A model generated the notes under the pieces. That model worked only from the letters and a program-made list of their open reading frames with translations. It was not told where the DNA came from and did not search any database. The position numbers were made by a program, and so were the translations under genes. This document shows positions 19,861-27,713 of a DNA stretch of 64,000 bases, piece after piece (position 1 is the first letter of the stretch; every line of letters starts with the position of its first letter). Origin of the DNA: Nitrosopumilus sp. (GTDB taxonomy: Archaea > Thermoproteota > Nitrososphaeria > Nitrososphaerales > Nitrosopumilaceae); the NCBI GenBank assembly GCA_965205215.1, contig OZ242041.1:416001-480000 (forward strand). The letters run 5' to 3'.

Positions 19861-20400
19861 TTAATTCTCATACAGGTATACGGACACAGAGCCCAGCGTG
19901 TCGCCGTGGGGATCTATCGTAATGGAGACCGTGCCGCCGTCCTGTATGACTATGTGCTTTTGTCCCAAATACTCCCACGTATAGTACTCTCCAAGAAGCG
20001 CCTCGTGCTTGGTTCCCTCCAGCACAAAGTCCTCGCGGTACTCTGGATCACCGCCGCCTTCCAGCGTAATGGAGAGGATCTCGGGACTGCTCCCGTTTGG
20101 CACAAAGTCAAACGCGTACTGGCCTCCGGGCGCCTCAAACGAGTCGGTGTACACGCCGCCCGAGTACATGCCGGGCTCTGCCAACCTGACGTGAAAGACC
20201 TCGCCCCCGCCGTCCCGGGGCGCGCCGATGCCGGGCTCCGTTTCCTCTTCTGGTACGAGCGTCCCCACAATCAGGCCTGCCGCCAGCAGTACCACTATCA
20301 CGACAAGTGCAGTCTTTGCGCGGCTCAAGGCTGCGCGGTATCCGGCGCCCGGAGGTAAAAGCCTGCCGATTGGCCTTGACGAATTCTGCACCGCCGGCAC
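19861..20400 (-). CDS. Membrane-anchored exported hypothetical protein
   Basis: N-terminal TM then acidic beta-rich domain. Confidence 0.7.
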   Translation of the reverse strand: MPAVQNSSRPIGRLLPPGAGYRAALSRAKTALVVIVVLLAAGLIVGTLVPEEETEPGIGAPRDGGGEVFHVRLAEPGMYSGGVYTDSFEAPGGQYAFDFVPNGSSPEILSITLEGGGDPEYREDFVLEGTKHEALLGEYYTWEYLGQKHIVIQDGGTVSITIDPHGDTLGSVSVYLYEN

Positions 20401-20458
20401 GGCCCTGCACCGGCCGTCGTCCGCACGGGGTTAAATACTAACTTTGAGACAGGGGTCA

Positions 20459-21139
20459 ATGGCAAACTTCCAGAAGACCTGGTCGAGGCAGGAGACGCCA
20501 ACCATATCCGAAAGGATAGGGTCCGTCGTCAGGCCGAAGGGCCCGCTCAAGCCCCGCATACGGGACGCGACAAAGATGCTAAAGCCGCAGATCAGGAAAC
20601 TGGACTCTATGCTTGGAAGCTTGCAGAAGCGGGATGCCGCGCTGTTCCAGAGGGTCGTTGACGCCGTACAGAAGAACGATCAGCAGACCAGCAAGATCCT
20701 CGGCAACGAACTGGCCGAGATACGCAAGGTTACAAAGGTGCTGGGTGGGGCCAGGACCGCACTGGAGCGTATCGAGCTGCGCCTTACCACGTGCAGCGAC
20801 CTCGGGGACACGGTAGTCACTATAATGCCGACGGTAGCCCTGATGAAGAACATAAAGTCGTCTCTGGGCAAGGTCATGCCGGGGGCAGAGCAGGAGCTGA
20901 CGCAGATGGCCGAGATGCTCGACGGGTTAATGACGGAGAGCTTTGCGGGAGACGCTGCGTTTGGAACGGACTCGGTGACCAGTGCGGAGACAGACGAGAT
21001 ACTAAAGGAGGCCGCAGCCATAGCGGGGACCTCGACAGGACAGATGTTCCCCTCGGTGCCGACCCAGACGCAGGGTGTGTCCACTGCGGCAGCAGCGTCA
21101 TCGCCTGCAGCAGCTCCCAACCGGCACTTTAACCCGTAG
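20459..21139 (+). CDS. cdvB: CdvB/ESCRT-III (Snf7) cell-division protein
   Basis: GPLKPRI..ELAEIRK..LERIELRLTT..DLGDTVV..MP. Confidence 0.88.
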   Translation: MANFQKTWSRQETPTISERIGSVVRPKGPLKPRIRDATKMLKPQIRKLDSMLGSLQKRDAALFQRVVDAVQKNDQQTSKILGNELAEIRKVTKVLGGARTALERIELRLTTCSDLGDTVVTIMPTVALMKNIKSSLGKVMPGAEQELTQMAEMLDGLMTESFAGDAAFGTDSVTSAETDEILKEAAAIAGTSTGQMFPSVPTQTQGVSTAAAASSPAAAPNRHFNP

Positions 21140-21234
21140 CCGACGAGCGCATACGGGCTACTCTCTCACACACGCACACGGTGGGCCGACGCCGTGCGGC
21201 ACCCATGTTCGGAGTGGCGACGGCTGCCCTGATG

Positions 21235-21741
21235 CTAGTCTGTAAATTCAGAGGCTGCCCCCGCCGAGGCCTCCTTTGTTCCCTTTATCTTCCTGACCCT
21301 GTCGCCCTCTTCTTCTATGACCTGGTCGATTCCGGCAAGCTTGTTTCTGAGGTTGTTGATTATGGCGCCCACCTCGTCGGCCTCCTCCTCGACCTCCCTC
21401 CTCTTGAGGGCCAGCTTTGTGATCCCGGCGCTCTCGTCCTCTATGTACTCGTTGACCTTTTGGAGCTTTTCCTTGAGGTTCTTGATGTCGACTGACTCGT
21501 CCTCTATGTCCTTTTCAAGCAGGGTGCGCTTGTCCTTGAGGTTCTTTATCATGACCCCGACATAGTCGATGGCCTCCTCGAGCCTTGCACGTTTGTCCAT
21601 CAGGTCCCCGATTCCTATGCGCCCGCCCGGGGCAGTCGGCGCCTCTACGACCGTCCCCTCGCTTGGCGGCCCGGCACTGTTCTCTTCTACTGCTGCCATC
21701 TCCACTTCTCCCTTCCCTTCCCTTCTGAATCTATTAAACAT
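21235..21741 (-). CDS. Coiled-coil hypothetical protein
   Basis: Long heptad-rich ORF; start lies 10 nt from the transposon left end. Confidence 0.75.
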   Translation of the reverse strand: MFNRFRREGKGEVEMAAVEENSAGPPSEGTVVEAPTAPGGRIGIGDLMDKRARLEEAIDYVGVMIKNLKDKRTLLEKDIEDESVDIKNLKEKLQKVNEYIEDESAGITKLALKRREVEEEADEVGAIINNLRNKLAGIDQVIEEEGDRVRKIKGTKEASAGAASEFTD

Positions 21742-21751
21742 TACAATCAGC

Positions 21752-21786
21752 GGTTCTAGTGCAAATTCGGGAGCTGGGCACGGCGT
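21752..21786 (+). repeat. Left terminal inverted repeat
   Basis: Reverse complement of 25568-25602 with one mismatch; begins like IS257/ISS1-type GGTTCTGTTGCAAA ends. Confidence 0.93.
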
Positions 21787-21795
21787 GATCTTCTT

Positions 21796-21981
21796 TCAAA
21801 CCTGCCGACCTGCTTCCTGCTTCAAGTATTCCCTGACCCATCGCTCCGCCTCGGCCTTGGGCGGATTGCCCTCCCGCGATATGCAGTATATGGCAAAATC
21901 GGCAAGTTGGTCGCCGTCAAGTCCTAATTTCCTTCCGCGCTCCACGAATGCCCTTACCGTACTCTTTTGACCACGGTTCAT
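21796..21981 (-). CDS. Small hypothetical cargo protein (61 aa)
   Basis: MNRGQKSTVRAFVERGRKLGLDGDQLADFAIYCISREG..; lies between the tRNA-like gene and the left TIR. Confidence 0.5.
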   Translation of the reverse strand: MNRGQKSTVRAFVERGRKLGLDGDQLADFAIYCISREGNPPKAEAERWVREYLKQEAGRQV

Positions 21982-22021
21982 GCAGTGATACAAGGCGGCC
22001 GCTACTTAATCGTATCATGTG

Positions 22022-22108
22022 CGCGGGGGGCGGGACTTGAACCCGCGGTTCACGGGGTGTGAAATGTGTTTCGTAGACACACGCTCTACCAAGCTGAGCG
22101 ACCCCCGC
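22022..22108 (-). tRNA. Non-canonical tRNA-like gene, anticodon ACG, long variable arm, G73
   Basis: GCGGGGG TC GCTC AGCTTGGTA GAGC G TGTGT CTACGAA ACACA TTTCACACCCCGTGAACC GCGGG TTCAAGT CCCGC CCCCCGC G; all four stems perfectly paired; CCA not encoded. Confidence 0.85.
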
Positions 22109-22134
22109 AAAACTTTTTATCACTATGTGGCGTA

Positions 22135-22198
22135 TGAATGATACGGTTGCCGCTGTAGACACGAATACGGGGTGTGGGCGGTATCCGTATCACATTCA
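22135..22198 (+). ncRNA. Candidate hairpin sRNA antisense to the tRNA-like RNA
   Basis: Stem TGATACGGTTGCCGC/GCGGTATCCGTATCA; loop carries GTAGACAC (=22073-22080) and ACGGGGTGTG (=22052-22061); BRE/TATA-like CGCAAAACTTTTTAT at 22106-22120. Confidence 0.6.
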
Positions 22199-23125
22199 AA
22201 CCCGCTGATCGGTGGCAATCAGGTATAGACTGCTGTTCTGAATGATGGTCTTCCACTTGTTGCGGCCCTCGGTGTGTATGCCTGCCGCCTCTGCCGGGGT
22301 CTTGCAGATTGAGTCATGCTTGCGCACGTGGTTATAGTGAACCTTCATGCCGTCAAACACCGGGGTGTGCGGACTCCGCAGGCCCCGAAACGTCTTCTCC
22401 CTATCACGAATAGTACCGTTCAGGCGCTCCATCTTGTTGTTGGACGGGTGGAAGTTGGCCCCGCTTGTCTTGCCGCTTGGGCCTATGCGCTTGCTCCTGA
22501 TTCCGGCATCACACTTGTGGTATGTCTTGTTGCCAAAGATTTTGCGGGCCGCCTTCTGGTACGCGGGCAGCTTGTCGGTGATCAGCACCGTAGGGTTCTT
22601 GCCACCTGCCGCCTTTTTGGTCATGCGAAATATGTTGTCCGCATCGTGCTTGTCCTTTGAATCCGCAAGCTCGCCCGCCAGCCAGTATCTGGTATCATCA
22701 TCCATCGTGGCAAACAGGTAGTGCTTCCTGCCGTCCACCTTGACCCACACCTCGTCCCCGCGATACCACTTGCCCACGTCGGGGGTGAGGCTGTCAGTGT
22801 ACAAAGAGGCAATCTTGGAGTATCGGTCAACCCACCTTCGTATGGTCGAATCATCAACGTCAATGCCGCGTGCCTCGAACAGGTCGGCGACCGCGTAAGA
22901 GCTCATCCCTGAATAGTAGAGATGGATTGCCTCGCTTACGATTGCCGGATCAAACTGCCTGTACCGGAATCCAAAGTTTGCAGTAAACGCCTTGCCGCAC
23001 GCGTTGCATTTGTACCTCTGAACCGAGCCGTTCTTGTTCTTGCGGACGCCGCGCCTCTTGATTTTATCGGAGCGGCAGAACTTGCAGAATGTAATGACAT
23101 CATGGGAGTCAATGTGAGTGCTCAT
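22196..23125 (-). CDS. IS6-family DDE transposase with N-terminal zinc ribbon
   Basis: CKFC..YKCNACGKAF, HTH STIRRWV, GDEVWVKV, LITDK, NNKMERLNGTIRDR; ORF intact. Confidence 0.92.
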   Translation of the reverse strand: MSTHIDSHDVITFCKFCRSDKIKRRGVRKNKNGSVQRYKCNACGKAFTANFGFRYRQFDPAIVSEAIHLYYSGMSSYAVADLFEARGIDVDDSTIRRWVDRYSKIASLYTDSLTPDVGKWYRGDEVWVKVDGRKHYLFATMDDDTRYWLAGELADSKDKHDADNIFRMTKKAAGGKNPTVLITDKLPAYQKAARKIFGNKTYHKCDAGIRSKRIGPSGKTSGANFHPSNNKMERLNGTIRDREKTFRGLRSPHTPVFDGMKVHYNHVRKHDSICKTPAEAAGIHTEGRNKWKTIIQNSSLYLIATDQRV

Positions 23126-23354
23126 ACTGCACGCCTCCCACGAATTATAAGAGAGAAAATGAAGGAGTGCTCAGAGTAACAGGCTCTCGTCATTGGCCCT
23201 GTCCGGCCTTTGACTCCTTTTTTCATCATCGCACTTGACTTCATTATACTACCTATGGATATAACAGAATATAAGTGTTGGGTGTATTGGGTAGTATAAC
23301 TATTAGTGGCAAAAAGTAGTATAATGTTATATAGGGTGTCTGAGATGTTATGGT

Positions 23355-23585
23355 ATGGGATCACGTAATCTGAAGACCATCAAGGGCAAGCCGTATCTTT
23401 ACTATGTCATATCCAAGGATGGAAAAAAGAAGGCGATCTACTGCGGGCTGGCATCAAATCACGAATCCGAGAAAAAGGCGCTTGTGCTGGAGCTTGAGGA
23501 AACATCATCGCGTATAAAGTCACTTGAGCTAAAGGCCGTTGAGATAAAATCCAAGCTGGAGGCCTTGCCGGAGGTGCAATCGTGA
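23355..23585 (+). CDS. Small basic protein with coiled-coil tail, mobile-element type
   Basis: KTIKGKPYLYYV..DGKKKAIYCG beta-hairpin motif; divergent from the transposase across an AT-rich spacer. Confidence 0.7.
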   Translation: MGSRNLKTIKGKPYLYYVISKDGKKKAIYCGLASNHESEKKALVLELEETSSRIKSLELKAVEIKSKLEALPEVQS

Positions 23586-23681
23586 TACCGCCAAGCACAC
23601 CTACCGCCAAGCACACCTACCGCCAAGCACACCTACCGCCAAGCACACCTACCGCCAAGCACACCTACCGCCAAGCACACC
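23586..23681. repeat. Perfect tandem repeat, 6 x 16 bp (TACCGCCAAGCACACC)
   Basis: Six exact copies counted, no spacers. Confidence 0.97.
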
Positions 23682-23789
23682 ATAGTTAGCGGGGGGCGAC
23701 CACCATGTCACATATCCAGCAATAGGGGCGCTATAAGTCCACCGGGGGCGGCCTGACTGCCGCCCAAGCCTAACTGGGCCAACCGTACC

Positions 23790-25013
23790 ATGTGGACTGG
23801 TGACAATCTGGACATTATGCGCGGCATGAACTCCGACTCGGTAGATCTCATTTACTTGGATCCTCCCTTTAACAGCAACAAGACATACGAGGCCCCAGTC
23901 GGCTCGGAAGCGGCGGGCGCGGCCTTCAAGGACACGTGGACATTGAGTGATCTTGACATTGCATGGCACGGCTATCTGGCAGACAAGGAGCCCGCCCTGT
24001 ATTCGACAATAGGTACGGCCCGCAGTACGCACGGCAAGTCTATGATGTCATACCTGATCATGATGGGCGTCCGACTTATTGAAATGCGACGCTTGTTAAA
24101 ATCTACGGGTTCAATCTATCTGCACTGCGATCCGACCGCATCACATTATCTCAAGATAGTTATGGATTCGATATTTGGTCATAAGAATTTTAGGAACGAA
24201 ATAGTGTGGTGTTATACTGGGCCCGGCTCTCCAAAAATGCGTCAATTTAACCGTAAACATGACACCTTGTTTTGGTATGTAAAAGGTGAAACGTGGACTT
24301 TTAACACCGATGCAGTGCGCATCAAACATCATGGAAAGACCAAAGAAAATTTTAAGGATGGATTGCGCGGTTCAGGATTCGTAGAAGGAAAATATGGTTT
24401 AGCAGAAGGCAAAGTACCTGAATCTTGGTGGGTTCAAGAGAAAGGCAACGGCTTTGCCATTGCTGCACGACAAAAACATCAATATGTCGGTTACCCTACC
24501 CAAAAACCACTGGCTCTACTAGAGCGAATAATCAAGGCGTCCAGCAATGAGGGTGACGTGATACTCGACCCCTTCTGCGGGTGCGCAACCGCCTGCGTGG
24601 TCGCGGAGCGCCTAAACAGGCAGTGGGTCGGCATCGACCTGTCATCAATGGCGCTTAAACTTGTCAGAAAGAGAATCAAGGAGAGTATCGGCATGTTCGC
24701 ATACGACATAGCAGAACGCGACGACATTCCCAAACGGACGGATCAGGGCAAGATCCCGAATTACCGCACGCACAAGCACGAGCTGTATGGCAGGCAGGAG
24801 GGCATGTGCGTGTGTGGCCAACATTTTCCGTTCAGGAATTTTACCGTAGACCACATCGTCCCGCAGAGCAAGGGCGGCACGGATCACGCAGACAACCTCC
24901 AACTACTATGCGGTGCCTGCAACAGCCTCAAGGGCAACAGGGAGCAGGCATACCTCATTGCCAAACTCAAGGAGAATGGGATCGATGCACTCATGCCCCC
25001 GATACGGGCCTGA
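23790..25013 (+). CDS. Beta-class N6/N4 DNA methyltransferase fused to C-terminal HNH domain
   Basis: YLDPPFNS, YPTQKP, LDPFCGCAT; VDHIVPQSKGGTDHADNLQLLCGACNSLKG; frame is open back to CTG 23757. Confidence 0.92.
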   Translation: MWTGDNLDIMRGMNSDSVDLIYLDPPFNSNKTYEAPVGSEAAGAAFKDTWTLSDLDIAWHGYLADKEPALYSTIGTARSTHGKSMMSYLIMMGVRLIEMRRLLKSTGSIYLHCDPTASHYLKIVMDSIFGHKNFRNEIVWCYTGPGSPKMRQFNRKHDTLFWYVKGETWTFNTDAVRIKHHGKTKENFKDGLRGSGFVEGKYGLAEGKVPESWWVQEKGNGFAIAARQKHQYVGYPTQKPLALLERIIKASSNEGDVILDPFCGCATACVVAERLNRQWVGIDLSSMALKLVRKRIKESIGMFAYDIAERDDIPKRTDQGKIPNYRTHKHELYGRQEGMCVCGQHFPFRNFTVDHIVPQSKGGTDHADNLQLLCGACNSLKGNREQAYLIAKLKENGIDALMPPIRA

Positions 25014-25055
25014 TTTTTTTGTGCCTATATCACGAATCTGCAATAGTATTCTTTC

Positions 25056-25457
25056 TTGCCCGTTTATATTGCATCTACGCCCACGTATGACGTGATGTTC
25101 GAAAGCAAAATCTCCGACGACTATGACGACAGACCCATCCCGGACAGCGTACCGATAGGCACGTTGGCGTACAGGTGGTGCCAGCATAGTGGCAATAGAG
25201 AGGCCATACACTACTCGTTCAAGCGATGGTCATTTCCGGGGGACTATGACGAGGATGAACTGAACAGGGCCATAGACGAGTCCCTTGCAAAGTATCCGGA
25301 GGCCCTAAGGGCATTCCTCGAACGCAAGAAAGACGTCGAGGATGATGGGAATCTCATGTGCAGCTATCCGGCAGAGGATCCCACGCGCACGGACGATTCA
25401 GATAGCAGTGCCTCGCAACCGAATTCTCAACAGTACCGTCCCTTGAACACTTATTAA
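25056..25457 (+). CDS. Acidic hypothetical cargo protein
   Basis: ORF directly after the MTase-HNH gene; likely start ATG 25095. Confidence 0.5.
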   Translation: MPVYIASTPTYDVMFESKISDDYDDRPIPDSVPIGTLAYRWCQHSGNREAIHYSFKRWSFPGDYDEDELNRAIDESLAKYPEALRAFLERKKDVEDDGNLMCSYPAEDPTRTDDSDSSASQPNSQQYRPLNTY

Positions 25458-25567
25458 CTGACATGCAGGCAAAAGAACGGGGGCGCGATTATCTCTACCC
25501 ATTCTAGAGACGTCGCATTGTCACGGCTTATCGGCCCCCAATTTTCATAATGCGTCTTCATGTTCTG

Positions 25568-25602
25568 ACGCCGTGCCTAGCTCCCGAATTTGCACTAGAA
25601 CC
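25568..25602 (-). repeat. Right terminal inverted repeat
   Basis: Inverted copy of 21752-21786, followed by the duplicated CAATCAGC. Confidence 0.93.
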
Positions 25603-25941
25603 CAATCAGCCCCGGCCGCTTGGCATAAAAAGATAGGCCCCGGCACCGCCCCCGCGCGGGCATCGCGCACCTGCATAACGGTCGGAAACTAGATTGTCCG
25701 GTGCAGTCCAGAACCACCGTCCGGCCCGAGAAAATGCCCGTCCCTCTCATGCCCCTAAAGCATGGCGGTGCACATATTTTCAATTACTGGGTCGTATGGA
25801 CCAAGCCCGGCGCATCTCACGACCCGGGCGTATGTGAAGGGCCGTCTCGGCGTGTGGCGGCGGCCGCAGCAGCAGCGTGTCGGTAGGAGCACGCCGCCGC
25901 CGATCTCAAGATATAAAAAGTGGATTTCCAAGTCGGCAGGC

Positions 25942-27654
25942 ATGGCAATACAGGCGACGTCAAAGGGCAACATGCCCGTCGTACTCCTAAAGGAGGGCGG
26001 CACCGAGACCAAGGGCAGGGACGCGCAAAAGAACAACATTGCAGCGTCAAAGATAATCTCGGAGATAGTGCACTCCAGCCTCGGCCCGCGCGGCATGGAC
26101 AAGATGCTGGTAGACTCGCTTGGAGACGTTACGATAACAAACGACGGGGCGACCATCCTAAAGGAGATCGACGTACAGCACCCGGCGGCCAAGATGCTTG
26201 TAGAGATATCCAAGACCACCGACAACGAGGTAGGCGACGGCACCACCTCCGCGGTCGTTCTTGCCGGCGCCCTGCTTGAGAACGCCGAGTCGCTCTTGGA
26301 TCAGAACGTCCACCCCACGATCATAGTGGACGGATACCGCAGGGCGGGCAAGCAGGCCGAGGAGTTCCTCAGGGAGATTGCCGAGCCGGTCACGCCCGAC
26401 GACAGGGACGTCCTGACGAAGATTGCAAAGACGTCCATGCAGACAAAGCTCGTGCGCAAGGACTCGGATCAGATTGCCGGGATAATAGTGGACGCGGTAC
26501 TCACGGTCTCCGAGAAGAACGGCGACGATTACGACGTCGACATCGATGACATAAAGGTCGAGAAGAAGGCGGGCGGCTCAATAAAGGACTCGTCGATAGT
26601 CCGGGGGATTGTCCTTGACAAGGAGATTGTACACGGCGGAATGCCAAAGGACGTCTCGGACGCGAAGATCGCGCTCCTCAACACGGCGCTCGAGATCAGC
26701 AAGACCGAGACGGACGCCAAGATCAACATATCCGATCCGCAGCAGCTAAAGTCCTTCCTTGACGAGGAGAACAACATGCTCAAGTCGATGGTCGACAAGG
26801 TGACCGGCACCGGGGCCAACGTGGTTTTGTGCCAGAAGGGAATAGACGAGATGGCGCAGCACTATCTGGCAAAGGCCGGGATAATTGCGGTCAGGCGCAT
26901 AAAGGAGAGCGACCTTACAAAGCTCTCGAGGGCCACCGGCGGCAGGGTGGTTACGAACCTTGACGATCTGTCAGCAGACGACCTGGGCGCGGCCTCGCTG
27001 GTGGAGGAGAGGAAGATAGAAGAGGACAAGTGGGTCTTTGTGGAGGGATGCAAGAACCCAAAATCCGTTACACTGCTCCTGCGCGGAGGCTCGCAGAGGG
27101 TCGTCGACGAGGCGGAGCGCTCCGTCCACGACGCGCTGATGGTAGTCAGGGACGTCATACTGAACCCGTCCGTGGTGGCAGGCGGAGGCTCGCCTGAGAC
27201 CTTTGCGGCCACAAAGCTCCGGAGCTGGGCAAAGTCCCTGGAGGGCAGGGAGCAGCTTGCCGCAGAAAAGTTTGCCGACTCCCTCGAGTCGCTTCCGCTT
27301 ACCCTTGCAGAGAACGCCGGGATGGACCCGATAGACACGCTGACGCTCCTGCGCTCAAAGCAGCAGCGCGGCGAGAGCTGGACGGGCATCGACGTGATGG
27401 AGGCGAGGATCGCAAGCATGAAGAACAGCGAGATAATCGAGCCCCTCTCAGTAAAGCTGCAGGTCACGTCGTCGGCGACGGAGGCCGCCTGCATGATTCT
27501 CAGGATTGATGACGTCATCGCCACGCAAAAGTCCGCCGGGGGACCCCCGGGAGGCGGGGAAGGCGGCATGCCCGGAATGGGTGGCATGGGCGGCATGCCC
27601 GGAGGAATGCCCGGAATGGGCGGCGGCATGCCCGACATGGGCGGAATGATGTAG
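25942..27654 (+). CDS. ths: Thermosome (group II chaperonin) subunit
   Basis: LGPRGMDKML, TNDGATIL, GDGTTS, GGM tail. Confidence 0.97.
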   Translation: MAIQATSKGNMPVVLLKEGGTETKGRDAQKNNIAASKIISEIVHSSLGPRGMDKMLVDSLGDVTITNDGATILKEIDVQHPAAKMLVEISKTTDNEVGDGTTSAVVLAGALLENAESLLDQNVHPTIIVDGYRRAGKQAEEFLREIAEPVTPDDRDVLTKIAKTSMQTKLVRKDSDQIAGIIVDAVLTVSEKNGDDYDVDIDDIKVEKKAGGSIKDSSIVRGIVLDKEIVHGGMPKDVSDAKIALLNTALEISKTETDAKINISDPQQLKSFLDEENNMLKSMVDKVTGTGANVVLCQKGIDEMAQHYLAKAGIIAVRRIKESDLTKLSRATGGRVVTNLDDLSADDLGAASLVEERKIEEDKWVFVEGCKNPKSVTLLLRGGSQRVVDEAERSVHDALMVVRDVILNPSVVAGGGSPETFAATKLRSWAKSLEGREQLAAEKFADSLESLPLTLAENAGMDPIDTLTLLRSKQQRGESWTGIDVMEARIASMKNSEIIEPLSVKLQVTSSATEAACMILRIDDVIATQKSAGGPPGGGEGGMPGMGGMGGMPGGMPGMGGGMPDMGGMM

Positions 27655-27713
27655 TAGCGCCGCGGCGCTTGGCGGCTCAAGGTTTATTTGATTAGCCCAA
27701 GACCGGCCTGACG

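Larger units (their letters stand above)
21752..25602. mobile_element. IS6-family-like cargo transposon, 3851 bp
   Basis: TIRs 21752-21786 and 25568-25602 (GGTTCTAGTGCAAATTCGGGAGCT[G/A]GGCACGGCGT, 34/35); 8-bp direct repeat CAATCAGC at 21744-21751 and 25603-25610; internal DDE transposase; visibly lower GC than flanks. Confidence 0.93.

Noticed and set aside
22047-22064. Variable arm as a BHB intron at position 45/46
   Set aside because: The central helix would be mismatched (CACA/CGTG) while the arm pairs perfectly as a hairpin. Not fully excluded.
22022-22108. Host tRNA acting as integration site for the island
   Set aside because: It lies inside the TIRs, with no duplicated tRNA 3' end and no integrase.
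22139-22198. Hairpin as an H/ACA guide (ACA follows the stem) or an IS110-type bridge RNA
   Set aside because: No upper stem or K-turn and the guide order is wrong for a pseudouridylation pocket. Both blocks match the same strand and the transposase is DDE rather than DEDD. It could still double as the transposase terminator.
23586-23681. CRISPR array
   Set aside because: 16-bp units are contiguous with no spacers, and no cas genes are present.
25478-25540. Weak stem-loop near the right TIR
   Set aside because: Only short stems; consistent with chance or a terminator.
27565-27651. GGM-coding repeats
   Set aside because: Normal chaperonin C-terminal tail.
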